A stretch of DNA of 64,000 bases from Macrostomum lignano (GCA_002269645.1 NIVC01002616.1:1-64000); one strand, 5' to 3'; positions 11,101 through 23,400 are shown, counted from the first letter of the stretch. The notes: generated by a model from the letters alone, not told the origin. Numbers and translations: made by a program.

Positions 11101-14100
11101 TTCCAACGAAGCCAGACGCCATCGGTGAAAACTTCGAGTGGAGCCTTGTCTGCTACTCGTGTGCTCAGCCGAACGACGTCTTGCGCAGCAGATGGAGCCG
11201 CTTGCAGAATGAATGTGCAAACTGTGACAAGTGCATTCTGCTGGTCAGAGAGAAGGCCAGTGCGGCACCAAGTGACGTTTGGCAGCGTGTCCGACCCAGA
11301 CCAAGGAAACTCGTCAAGCTGGACATGTGCAGGAGATACAGCGATATAGAATCCTGCAACGGCTGCAAGCGTTCTGAATGCGACTTTGCCCATGGAGACG
11401 CGGAGCTGCGGCTGTGGGAGCTGGAGAGAATCGGCAAGTTCTCCTTCAACAAGCTGCTGGAGTCCAAACGATCAGCTGGGTCAGAACTGCCGCTGATTCT
11501 CTGCGAGCGACCTGCGGTCGAAGGAGGCTCGGAGCTCCAGATTGTCTACACGGGTCCGGAGTCGCTTCCCGCCAGACTCCCTACTGGGAAAGCACAAAAT
11601 TCCTGCTATTCGCTCTGCAACTCGCTACTTGAAGGAACTGAGTGCCAGCATCAAGGCATATGCTTCAGTGCTCACTGTGCTGAGGAGGAGCAGCTGTGGA
11701 ACATCATGCAACAGAAAAGAGGTAGAATCGAGATGCTTACATAATCCTAATCTTTACGTTATAGCTCGTAATATTGAATAACATAGAGTTAAGGCTCGTG
11801 TTACAATTCATTAACTCTTTCAGATAATTGGCCCGAACATCTGGTTTTAAGAATCGACAAAATCGAGCCCGAACTCATTGGCTGGAGCCTCGAATCGAGC
11901 TGCGACTACAAGCTGACCTGCTACAGGTGCTCCGAATCACTGGATCCTCTGAGAAGCAGATTCAAGCTGAAGGAAACACAGAACTGTGAGCGGTGCGACC
12001 AGAGCATCCTGCTGGTCAGATCGAAGAACAATCAAATCAACAAGTGGCAACGCATCCGAGACAGACAAGGACATCTGGTCATATGTGATCTCTACCAATC
12101 AAACAAATGCAGGCGCTCCGAATGTGACTTCGCTCATGGCGATATGGAACTGAAGCTGTGGAAGCTGGAGAGAATCGGCAAGTTGTCCTTCGACAAGCTA
12201 CTGAAGTCCAAACTGCCGCTGATTCTCTGCGAGCGGCCTGCGGTCGAAGGAGGCTCGGAGACCCGAATTTTCTACACGGGTCCGGAGCCGCTTCCCGCCA
12301 GACTCCCTGCGAAACAACAAAGATTCTACTATCCGCTCTGCGAATCGCTTTTTGATGGAACTGAGTGTCAACATTATAATCGAGGCATATGCTTCAGTGC
12401 ACACTGTGCTGAGGAGGAGCAGCTGTGGAACATCATGCAACAGAAAAGAGGTAAAACCAAGAAGCTTCATCTACATGTAAATGTACGAGTATGTGGGATG
12501 AAATTCAAGTGTGTTAAGTATAATATTACAATAACAAAGTTAACGCTCGTATTGCAATTCATTAACCTGTTTAGATAGTTGGCCCGAACATCTGGCTTCA
12601 AGAATAGATAAAATCGAGCCCGAACTCATTGGCTGGAGCCTCGAATCGAGCTGCGACTACAAGCTGACCTGCTACAGGTGCTCCGAATCACTGGATCCTC
12701 TGAGAAGCAGATTCAAGCTGAAGGAAACACAGAACTGTGAGCGGTGCGACCAGAGCATCCTGCTGGTCAGATCGAAGAACAATCAAATCAACGAGTGGCA
12801 GCACATCCGAGACAGACAAGGACATCTGGTCATATGTGATCTCTACCAATCAAACAAATGCAGGCGCTCCGAATGTGACTTCGCTCATGGCGATATGGAA
12901 CTGAAGCTGTGGAAGCTGGAGAGAATCGGCAAGTTGTCCTTCGACAAGCTACTGAAGTCCAAACTGCCGCTGATTCTCTGCGAGCGGCCTGCGGTCGAAG
13001 GAGGCTCGGAGACCCGAATTTTCTACACGGGTCCGGAGCCGCTTCCCGCCAGACTCCCTGCGAAACAACAAAGATTCTACTATCCGCTCTGCGAATCGCT
13101 TTTTGATGGAACTGAGTGTCAACATTATAATCGAGGCATATGCTTCAGTGCACACTGTGCTGAGGAGGAGCAGCTGTGGAACATCATGCAACAGAAAAGA
13201 GGTAAAACCAAGAGGCTTCATCTACATGTAAATGTACGAGTATGTGGGATGAAATTCAAGTGTGTTAAGTATAATATTACAATAACAAAGTTAACGCTCG
13301 TATTGCAATTCATTAACCTGTTTAGATAGTTGGCCCGAACATCTGGCTTCAAGAATAGATAAAATCGAGCCCGAACTCATTGGCTGGAGCCTCGAATCGA
13401 GCTGCGACTACAAGCTGACCTGCTACAGGTGCTCCGAATCACTGGATCCTCTGAGAAGCAGATTCAAGCTGAAGGAAACACAGAACTGTGAGCGGTGCGA
13501 CCAGAGCATCCTGCTGGTCAGATCGAAGAACAATCAAATCAACGAGTGGCAGCACATCCGAGACAGACAAGGACATCTGGTCATATGTGATCTCTACCAA
13601 TCAAACAAATGCAGGCGCTCCGAATGTAACTTCGCTCATTGCGATGTGGAACTGAAGCTGTGGAAGCTGGAGAGAATCGGCAAGTTCTCCTTCAACAAGC
13701 CGCTGGAGGTAAAAAGCAAAATCTAGATTCTTTTAGGGTACATTTTACCTTTGCCATTCTTTTTCCAAGATTTCGAACCCTGGCTTGGATTTATGATTTT
13801 ACTATCACTGTGCACAAGGCTGCTGTAGCAGTTTTAATTTGAGTTTTTCAATCATTCTGTTGAATAGCCTGAGTCGATATTAAGAATTGTATGCTGCAAA
13901 GTGTATTCTTAGTTACCAGAGATATACTGTGTGGCGACTAAATCATGTTACCGTTCTCATTCTAATCGAGAAACACATTTTTGTGGCCTCATTACCCACA
14001 TTTACAACACAGTATTGCCTCTTACCAGTGGCTCGTATCCAACACGCTCAATTAAATTTAGAGAAGTGTCCTCAGGAGCTGCGAGCACTGATCGACCGAA

Positions 14101-14129
14101 TCCAGACTCAGCCACAGCAGCAGCAGTAG
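5280..14129 (+). CDS. Spliced gene: IFIT/TTC22-like TPR region + putative HEPN-like domain + tandem ZC3H7/HELZ2-type CCCH zinc-finger modules
   Basis: Exons 5280-8168 (ATG at 5280, donor acg|gtaagt, phase 0), 11085-11721 (ttgcag|tac, phase 1 out), 11824-12450, 12575-13201, 13326-13708 (gag|gtaaaa, phase 0), and a tentative last exon 14076-14129. All phases join in one open frame. Motifs: ESFDEIECHSKW and CFVAKGWT (IFIT-like), CxxxxxxxxCxxxxxCFSAH and CDFAHGDxELxLW (CCCH fingers). Confidence 0.7.
8878..10617. mobile_element. Non-autonomous DNA transposon with ~400-bp TIRs, CAC...GTG ends and a 4-bp GTGT target duplication (Chapaev/CMC-like)
   Basis: 8878-~9275 is the near-perfect reverse complement of ~10220-10617 (cacgcctcccctgaagag / ctcttcaggggaggcgtg). 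GTGT flanks both sides (8874-77, 10618-21). It lies in intron 1 of the TPR gene. Confidence 0.8.
11085..11721 (+). CDS. Exon 2: zinc-finger module 1 (CxxC pair + two CCCH fingers)
   Basis: LVCYSC..CANC, WQRVRPRP, DMCRRY..CKRSECDFAHGDAELRLW, LCNSLLEGTECQHQGICFSAH (C-x8-C-x5-C-x3-H). AG acceptor at 11083-84, GT donor at 11722. Confidence 0.8.
11824..13708 (+). CDS. Exons 3-5: three near-identical zinc-finger module exons (11824-12450, 12575-13201, 13326-13708), 751-bp period
   Basis: The exon plus intron unit repeats at 751 bp with only a few substitutions. Each exon encodes LTCYRC..CERC..ICDLYQSNKCRRSECxFAH. Exons 3 and 4 are phase 1/1. Confidence 0.8.
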
Positions 14130-14353
14130 CAGCAAGGAAGTCGTCAAGCTGAAGTTTGGGATCCTCTTACCCACCATAACAGCAAGGAAGTCGGCCGCCA
14201 GCAACAGCAGGTCAGCAGAAGGACAAATTCGCCAGCAGAGCTCCAAGAGAAAACAGATGTGCAGATCTCCTCGAAGTTGAAGGCGTTTAACTTTTCATAG
14301 AGGCCGATAAGCAAAAAATTTCTCTTACTTTTCTGATTATACAAAGGGTGCTA

Positions 14354-15091
14354 GCTGGTATAGTGGTCGTTTGGGCACTACTTTCTGCAGCAGCATCTGA
14401 ATTGCCCAAAGGAGCAGGTAGTTTAAAGAAAAACTATCAATGGTCTAGATGAGTGTTGATTTTTTTTCTCTAGCACTTTTATTGGCTGAGTGATGGCCCA
14501 TCACGTGGTGATATCTATGGCCATGAATTGCGATTTCACTAGCTGCTGAAAGATAAAAGTTTGAAGCCACTAGGATTGGAGGGTCAGGGGTCAAACGGGG
14601 ACACAACCGTTCTTGAAACATCTCAAGCAAAAGAGTCAAATGTCATCACAATCATCGCAATCCTCCTCCTTCATTCCCTTAATGTACTCGCCCTTGACGG
14701 CGATCACCTTTGCCCACTTTTTCGGGAGCTCGTTGATTGCCTGCCAATACACGGAGCGGAATTCCTGCGAGCGAAGCACGCGCATCGCCTCGGCTTCCAC
14801 TTGCGCGCGGTCGCTGCCAAGCACTCGACCCCGCATGAGCTGCTTGAATGCGCCAAATACTCTGTAGTCGCAGGGTGACATGTCTGGCGATCTGTCACCC
14901 GCAGCTAGTGAAATCGCAATTTATGGCCATAGATATCACCACGTGATCGGCCAAAACTCAGCTAATAAAAGTGCTAGAGAAAAAAATCAACACTCATCTA
15001 GACGATTGATAGTTTTTCTTTAACTACCTTCTTCTTTGGGCAATTTAGATGCTGTTGTAGAAAGTGGGGCCCAAACGACCACTATCCCAGC
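14354..15091 (-). mobile_element. Internally deleted mariner element (~195-bp TIRs, TA flanks, transposase C-terminus retained)
   Basis: 14354-14545 is the inverted copy of 14901-15091, with TA on both sides. The minus strand encodes SPDMSPCDYRVFGAFKQLMRG...LPKKWAKVIAVKGEY, the mariner YSPDLAPxDY third-Asp motif plus C-terminus. Confidence 0.85.
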
Positions 15092-15289
15092 TAGCAAATA
15101 ACTAATGTAGTTAATAACTTAACCCTTAGCCACATTATACAGCCGTCATTTTGATAGAAACATTGTTTACTAGGATTCTATTAGAAGTTAGTGATGTTGT
15201 TTTGTAAGTCTGTGCTATTACTCATGCTCATGACAGCGACTTTTTCTTCAAGTTTTGGTTGATAAATAGTTGCAGTTTTCCGGGATCGG

Positions 15290-15715
15290 AACTTCGTCTC
15301 TGTAAGGGTTTTGATGATGCTGATTAAGATTTTTATGTAGCTTCAATCCAAGTCTATGTAGCTTAAAGCCAACCCCGGGGCATGAGAAATGAGGGGTTTT
15401 AAGGTGGCGAGATTCTTAATGGGGATTAATTTTATATATCAATTTAAACTTGAAGAGAGGCATAGAGACCTATTCCAGTTTAGGTAGATTAATTCTTGGC
15501 TTAATTTTTTTAGTTACTCGTGTTAAGATAGTGGGGTTGCTTTAGGCGTAATTGCCAATAGCTGATATGTTCTAGATATTTCAATAGGTGAATTCGTATT
15601 CCTCTTTTACATGTATAATACTCGTACAATGCTTCTTAACTTCGTGCAGCACACAGCTTTGTCTATACCGGTATATGTTTGCATTCTCCGCAGTTAATCT
15701 TTTATTCTTTCTGAG
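15290..15715 (-). mobile_element. Decayed GIY-YIG endonuclease fragment, Penelope-like retroelement
   Basis: Minus-strand fragments INCGECKH.., SAIGNYA*SN and LE* resemble the PLE GIY-YIG pattern (YKIxCxxC..YIG, SAIxxHxxxxxH, LE). Multiple stops and frameshifts are present. Confidence 0.45.
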
Positions 15716-15795
15716 ACAACTATATATATAGTTTTAGCACTAGAAAACTTGAGCTCTGAACTCACAAGCCGATATTTATAATACGAGCTGCTATA

Positions 15796-16416
15796 CTGTC
15801 CGTCAAAAGTTCCGGAGCCCTTGCTGCGATGTCTTCTAGCGGACATAATTTCAGTCCGTTTCAATTGTAACTTGATTCAAATGGAAGCTGCGGATCTCAG
15901 CCCCATGATGTGCTCAAGAAAAAGTTTATTCGAAGGAGCGCGTGTGAACAGGCCAGTGTTATGTACATAAAGGTTAGAGAAAAAAAAGTTAGGAAAAGAC
16001 AAACAAGCAATTGTCTATGGTTGCTGAGTCTATGGAGCAAACACACATGGGAAGGAATCGGTTTGCGCGCAGTGTTCAGCCTGGCTAACATTAGTCTATG
16101 GCCAAAACTTGTGTTGAAATCAATTACAGGCTCTTATGGATTCTTGTGCAGTCAGCTTTCATGGGAGAGTAAAAAACAGGGTCTACGTCAACAAGCCAGC
16201 TTAGCTTGTTTGTCTTAATTCCTCACTTTTTTCTCTAACCTTTATGTACATATCACTGGCCTGTTCACACGCGCTTCTTCGAATGGACTTTTTCTTGAGC
16301 ACATCATGGAGCTGAGATCCGCAGCTTTAATTTGAATCAAGTTACAATTGAAACGGACTGAAATTATGTCCGCTAGAAGACATCGTGGCAGGGGTTCTGG
16401 AACTTTTGACGGACAG
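15796..16416. mobile_element. Tc1/mariner-type MITE, ~200-bp TIRs, TA(TA) flanks
   Basis: tata|ctgtccgtcaaaagttcc ... ggaacttttgacggacag|tata. 15796-15995 is the inverted copy of 16220-16416. No transposase ORF. Confidence 0.75.
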
Positions 16417-18059
16417 TATAAATGATCGAGAAACACAGATAAAAATTTCATCAGCTCTGGGTCTTGAAACAAAGTCCATACTGCACAACACAAAAAGCAC
16501 TATGGGTTTAAAATAATGATGCACACTAATTACAAAATAAAGGATCATCACGTTCAAATAAAGAATTGGCCAAAAAAAGTGAATACAGCGAATGTACGCT
16601 GTCATACGGCGACATTCATTTCGTGATAATCTGTTGCACATTTTAATATTAAATACGACTACACAATTTTGGTGATGGGATAACGCGAATATTCCTTTGA
16701 AAGTTTTGCCTTCCTGCGCAAAAGAAATGTCTAAGGTGATAATACGCTCGTATTGTGTTTGCTTTCTGTATGTTTCTGCGTTCTTTGCGATGAGGTTTTT
16801 GCATCCCCTGTTGGAATGTTTTTTTCCATTTTTTCAGCGCTTATCCCATTTGCTTACTTAATAGCACGTACACTACGTTTTTAATCGCCCTTTTGTTAAT
16901 CCAGATTGACTATTTATCCTATCATGTACTCCGTTTACTTGACATGTACCTAATTATTTGATCCCATTTTCACTTTTGTTATTTCGCCATGAGTATACTT
17001 TATCATAGCGATTACGAGCTACCGTGTATACCCATGATCGCCTAATGCACCTGCCGCCTTCGCTTCACGTACGCCCACCTTTTTCACCTTCTCCGTTCTG
17101 ATTTGTTATAATCGTAAATTTTAAGTCTTACCACTCTTACCAACTTCCGTTAAAGCCTGTGTCGACCCCACTTTCTATTCAATTGAGAATCGAGATAAAC
17201 CCAGGACAAGCCGAGACTTCGTTTTATTTAATTTGCTTTTTCTAAATATAGCTAGCTCACTACTTTAAATTCTCGGCACAAACTAACTGCGTCACAGATG
17301 CCCCAAGACTTTTCTTTCTTTTTAACGTAAGACAAACTTTGAGACAAATTCGATGCATCATCATCTATGGTAGTTCAGCAGGCATAAATTTGAGTCATAT
17401 ATCCGCATAACAACTGCAGAGGCTTTTATGTCAACAAAATGAGGGTTGTGTTGTGTCATAAGCTTGCTGACAACTGCAGGGATCGATTTAATAAAAAAGC
17501 TACAAGTGACAAGTGTCAAGCGTCAACGATTTTGGTTTCATAAACATCACGCGTTACAGTGTTAAAAACAACTCATTTTTGTGTATGGTTGAACCACCGT
17601 TTGAAATCGATCCAGCCTTTAAACTGGAGTCTGAAGGGCGGGCTGAAGACCTGGACGAAGGTGGTGCCGTTCGACCAATTTCTACAGAAGTTGTTGCCGA
17701 CTATATCTGATAAGAACGAGCCGGTCAAGCGGAAACCCCACGGCGTCGCCTGATGTGCTAATGTGGGGCCTGCGCGACGATGTGACGCGCGGCACAGTGA
17801 TTTTGATGCCGCGGATCATGAAACAAATCAGGCAGTTGATCCCAAGTTGGGAGGCCAGAGCAGGAGATCGTATAACCTTCGTCCACGTGGCCATAATAAA
17901 CTATCGTATCATACTCGTATATAGGTCTGTGCGTTTGATAGTTAAATATAAAATATCAGAGCTGGCTCACTGAGAACTTTATTATTCGTGTTATCTAAGA
18001 AATAATAATAATTGATTACAACTGCCTTAATGGCCAGATGTGCAACCGACAGCTCAGCC

Positions 18060-18301
18060 GCAGCTATTGCGCGGAGCATCTGAAGGCTGCGTACGGCTGT
18101 TCAGTCCAAGGACTGGGGGGTCGCCATACACAGCCTCAATTACCCCAGCTAATGCTGGCACCCATTTTACAGCTGGGTGGACTGATGCAATGCAGAGTTA
18201 AGTGTCTTGCTCAAAGATACAAATCGTTCTTGTGGGATCGGGAATCGAACCTCCGACCTTCAAGTCGTGAGTCCGATGCTCAGCCACTAGGCTACAAGCC
18301 C
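18060..18301 (-). mobile_element. tRNA-derived SINE, copy 1
   Basis: The minus strand begins gggcttgtagcctagtggctgagc (A box) .. ggttcgattccc (B box), then the conserved central domain ctttgagcaagacactt..ccacccagctgtaaaatgggt. Confidence 0.8.
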
Positions 18302-18639
18302 TACTAATGCTAGTGTTATCTAGCACTTGTCAAGTCTTGCTCTCGGCTCTTACAGCTACTAATACTACTGTATAGTACTACTAATAGTAAAAGTAAAATA
18401 GCTAAAAAGTAAAACCCCAGACTCAAGAGTCAATATTAGACTCAGTTTTCGTTTTTTTGCGGCTGCGCAAATAGCGTTGCGACACAGGTAGGCAGACAGG
18501 CAGGCATATCGAGATGGGGGATTGGGCTGGTGCTTTGTTAAGCGTTAACGGCATTATCGATATATTGTAATTTATAATTAATATGCATATATAACAATCT
18601 TGCGGATAGCGTAGTAGACATGAAATAGTTATGATAGTA

Positions 18640-18885
18640 ATAACAACAGTAGCATAAAATTATGCCAATCATAATCAGCTAAGCAACACTTATTAAGCCT
18701 GTCAGTTATTAATGCTTATATAAAGGCTAAAGCTAGGGGGAGAGCTCAAAGGATATTGCATAGTTATTGGCGAATTAACTGGTTATAACTGCCAGAAAAC
18801 TGGCTGGACTTTCGGACCTCCCGAAAAAAAACAGTTCTTGAATGTTGAGAGAAAAAACGCAGACTGTAAACCAGCGACTAGAAAA
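18640..18885. repeat. Unclassified dispersed repeat, copy 2
   Basis: Colinear similarity to 400-655. Confidence 0.75.
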
Positions 18886-19307
18886 ATAAAAGCAAAAAGA
18901 TTTCAACTGTTTTTGTGCTGTAATTAAACTGTAATTAAATACAGAAATTAAAGTACAGACTGTGCAACGCTTACTACTTACTTATTATTATAGCGGAGGT
19001 AATTACGAATATTATTGCACTACAAATATAGATTAGTATAAAAGGTCTGGGCAGCTGGTAAAAAGGTTGTTTAACAAACCAAAATTTTATCATGGAGAAG
19101 CGATGTATTAATACATTGCACTTTATAACCGGGGTCAAAAAGCCAAAAGCTAATGAATAAATTTCTAAATTATACGAGTTGTATACCACTGGACAACAGC
19201 TGCTTAGGACAAAAATAATTAAACTAGTAGCTAATTATGCACGAAAAAATGGGTTTACTAATAAATTGAATAAGTACAAGTTGTTTACTTTAATTGCGCC
19301 AGGCTAA

Positions 19308-19848
19308 TTAAATACATTTCTGTAGTCTATGGCCAGGCCCAAGTGGGGAATAAATACATTTCTGTAGTCTATGGCCAGGCCCAAGTAGGGAATAAATACA
19401 TTTCTGTAGTCTATGGCCAGGCCCAAGTAGGGAATAAATACATTTCTGTAGTCTATGGCGAGGCCTAAGTGGGGAATAAATACATTTCTGTAGTCTATGG
19501 CGAGGCCTAAGTGGGGAATAAATACATTTCTGTAGTCTATGGCCAGGCCCAAGTGGGGAGTAAATACATTTCTGTAGTCTATGGCCAAGTAGGGAATAAA
19601 TACATTTCTGTAGTCTATGGCCAGGCCCAAGTAGGGAATAAATACATTTCTGTAGTCTATGGCGAGGCCTAAGTGGGGAATAAATACATTTCTGTAGTCT
19701 ATGGCGAGGCCTAAGTGGGGAATAAATACATTTCTGTAGTCTATGGCCAGGCCCAAGTGGGGAGTAAATACATTTCTGTAGTCTATGGCCAAGTGGGGAA
19801 TAAATACATTTCTGTAGTCTATGGCCAGGCCCAAGTGGAGAATAAATA
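19308..19848. repeat. 42-bp minisatellite (some 36-bp units), ~13 copies
   Basis: Unit aataaatacatttctgtagtctatggccaggcccaagtgggg. Confidence 0.95.
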
Positions 19849-20461
19849 TAAATATTATTCTCCACATTCTAGTAGACTAGTTTTGTAAGCTACTAAGAAA
19901 ACTATAATTGCATATGAAAAAGTAAATTTTTGTTTAACTTAACGGCTCAAACAGTTGATAATAAAGAATATATAAATTGATTATAGCATATTAGAATGGC
20001 TGACGAACTTATAGACTGCGACGACTATGACTGACTAGCCATAGGAAAAAGTAACGCAAAAACGGCTAGATTTTTTGTTTTCAAAAACTAAGAAAAAGCA
20101 AATGGTTTATGAGACAGCTGTGATTTAATTAAAAACGCACACACAGCAACAAATTTATGATGCACACACATGGTAACTAAGCAAGCTGAAGAGGAACACA
20201 ACAAAAGACACAAAAAGCAAACGAAAAGCAAGGCATAATTACAATACGCAGTTCAATTGTTATTATTATATATATTAGTAAACAGTTCTTATAAAACAAA
20301 GATGTTGTAGCAACTTCAATCAACTCCCATATTGCAACAATTTCAATCACAGGACAATATTATTATTATTATTATTATTCTTAAAGGGATTAATTCTGAT
20401 ATAATAACAAACACTAAGCTTGAAACGATGGAAGTGCAAGATACGAGCTGTTCCCAGTCAC

Positions 20462-23400
20462 TCAAATATCGCTCTCGTGATGCTTATTGCCCTTCTTCCT
20501 ATTGTCTATGGTTGACATGCTGAAATCGTTCACATTGTCGTCAAGAATTTTGTCCTCCTTGCTGAAGCCCGTCTGCTGGTAGATGATGTCATTTAGTAGC
20601 TAAAATGAAAAACAATGCGGCAATAAAACCAAGGTCAGTCTCTTCAGTTGATGACACTTGCAGATGAAGAAAATAGAAATGATTGTTTTGTTCCGTAGAG
20701 TCTATGGCCAGAGCTCTCCTTTCTAGCTTTGATCTGCTGTCTATGGCCAGAACTCTCCTTTCTAGCTTTGATCTGCTGTCTATGGCCAGAGCTCTCCTTT
20801 CTAGCTTTGATCTGCTGTCTATGGCCAGAACTCTCCTTTCTAGCTTTGATCTGCTGTCTATGGCCAGAGCTCTCCTTTCTAGCTTTGATCTGCTGTCTAT
20901 GGCCAGAACTCTCCTTTCTAGCTTTGATCGGCTGTCTATGGCCAGAGCTCTCCTTTCTAGCTTTGATCTGCTGTCTATGGCCAGAACTCTCCTTTCTAGC
21001 TTTGATCGGCTGTCTATGGCCAGAGCTCCCCTTTCTAGCTTTGATCTGCTGTCTATGGCCAGAACTTTCATTTCTAGCTTTGATCGGCTGTCTATGGCCA
21101 GAACTTTCATTTCTAGCTTTGATCTGCTGTCTATGGCCAGAACTTTCATTTCTAGCTTTGATATGCTATCTAATGGTCACGACTTTCATTTCCAGCTTTG
21201 ATCTGCTGTCTATGGCCAGAACGTTTATTTCTAGCTTTGATCTGCTGTCTATGGTCAGAACTTTCATTTCTAGCTTTGATCTGCTGTCTATGTCCAGAAC
21301 TTTCATTTCTAGCTTTGATCTGCTGTCTATGGCCAGAACTTTCATTTCCAGCTTTGAACTGCTGTCTATGGCCAGAACTTTCATTTCCAGCTTTGAACTG
21401 CTGTCTATGGCCAGAACTTTCATTTCTAGCTTTGATATGCTATCTAATGGTCACGACTTTCATTTCCAGCTTTGATCTGCTGTCTATGGCCAGAAAGTTT
21501 ATTTCTAGCTTTGATCTGCTGTCTATGGTCAGAACTTTCATTTCTAGCTTTGATCTGCTGTCTATGTCCAGAACTTTCATTTCTAGCTTTGATCTGCTGT
21601 CTATGGCCAGAACTTTCATTTCTAGCTTCGATATGCTGTCTATGGCCAGAACAGACGGATTTGACGCTTAATCTTAGAATTTGATAGCAACAAACAGATA
21701 GTAGGCTGACGAGGCTGTTAAAAAATGACTATAAAAAGCGAGTGACCAATCAAATCTAGATAATAAAAAGCTATCAATACTACTTACATCGTCATCTTCG
21801 CCCTCCTCGGATACGATTAGATTGCGTCTAGCGGCAGCTTTCGACTCGGTCTTGCGCACTGATGGCATTGGAGCTCCATTTAGCTGGTGGAGGTTGTCGA
21901 TTTGGTGGCATTGATTAAATAAGCTTGGATCTATTAATAGTAGCACTTTCTATATGTCAGTATCTTTCGATCCATCTCACCCCTGTATCTCAGAGTCTAA
22001 TCTCACCCCCTGTATCTCAGAGTCTATATCTCACCCCTGTGTCTCAGAGTCTACATCTCACCCCTGTGTCTCAGAGTCTATATCTCACCCCTGTGTCTCA
22101 GAGTCTATATCTCACCCCTGTGTCTCAGAGTCTATATCTCACCCCTGTGTCTCAGAGTCTATATCTCACCCCTGTGTCTCAGAGTCTATATCTCACCCCT
22201 GTGTCTCAGAGTCTATATCTCACCCCTGTGTCTCAGAGTCTATATCTCACCCCTGTGTCTCAGAGTCTATATCTCACCCCTGTGTCTCAGAGTCTATATC
22301 TCACCCCTGTGTCTCAGAGTCTATATCTCACCCCTGTTTCTCAGAGTCTATATCTCACCCCTGTTTCTCAGAGTCTATATCTCACCCCTGTGTCTCAGAG
22401 TCTATATCTCACCCCTGTGTCTCAGAGTCTATATCTCACCCCTGTGTCTCAGAGTCTATATCTCACCCCTGTGTCTCAGAGTCTATATCTCACCCCTGTG
22501 TCTCAGAGTCTATATCTCACCCCTGTGTCTCAGAGTCTATATCTCACCCCTGTGTCTCAGAGTCTATATCTCACCCCTGTGTCTCAGAGTCTATATCTCA
22601 CCCCTGTTTCTCAGAGTCTATATCTCACCCCTGTGTCTCAGAGTCTATATCTCACCCCTGTGTCTCAGAGTCTATATCTCACCCCTGTTTCTCAGAGTCT
22701 ATATCTCACCCCTGTGTCTCTGAGTCTATATCTCACCCCTGTGTCTCAGAGTCTATATCTCACCCCTGTGTCTCAGAGTCTATATCTCACCCCTGTGTCT
22801 CAGAGTCTATATCTCACCCCTGTTTCTCAGAGTCTATATCTCACCCCTGTTTCTCAGAGTCTATATCTCACCCCTGTGTCTCAGAGTCTATATCTCACCC
22901 CTGTTTCTCAGAGTCTATATCTCACCCCTGTGTCTCTGAGTCTATATCTCACCCCTGTTTCTCAGAGTCTATATCTCACCCCTGTGTCTCAGAGTCTATA
23001 TCTCACCCCTGTGTCTCAGAGTCTATATCTCACCCCTGTTTCTCAGAGTCTATATCTCACCCCTGTGTCTCAGAGTCTATATCTCACCCCTGTGTCTCAG
23101 AGTCTATATCTCACCCCTGTTTCTCAGAGTCTATATCTCACCCCTGTGTCTCAGAGTCTATATCTCACCCCTGTGTCTCAGAGTCTATATCTCACCCCTG
23201 TGTCTCAGAGTCTATATCTCACCCCTGTGTCTCAGAGTCTATATCTCACCCCTGTGTCTCAGAGTCTATATCTCACCCCTGTGTCTCAGAGTCTATATCT
23301 CACCCCTGTTTCTCAGAGTCTATATCTCACCCCTGTGTCTCAGAGTCTATATCTCACCCCTGTGTCTCAGAGTCTATATCTCACCCCTGTTTCTCAGAGT

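Noticed and set aside
17513-17973. GC-richer segment with short ORFs, suspected Tc1 fragment
   Set aside because: No convincing DDE motifs or TIRs.
18230-18301. Possible tRNA gene on minus strand
   Set aside because: It continues directly into a SINE body and has a decayed second copy, so it is treated as a SINE head.
19304-21684. Repetitive ORFs (LAIDYRNVFIPHLG)n, (MARTLLSSFDLLS)n and similar
   Set aside because: Artefacts of the 42-bp and 39-bp arrays.
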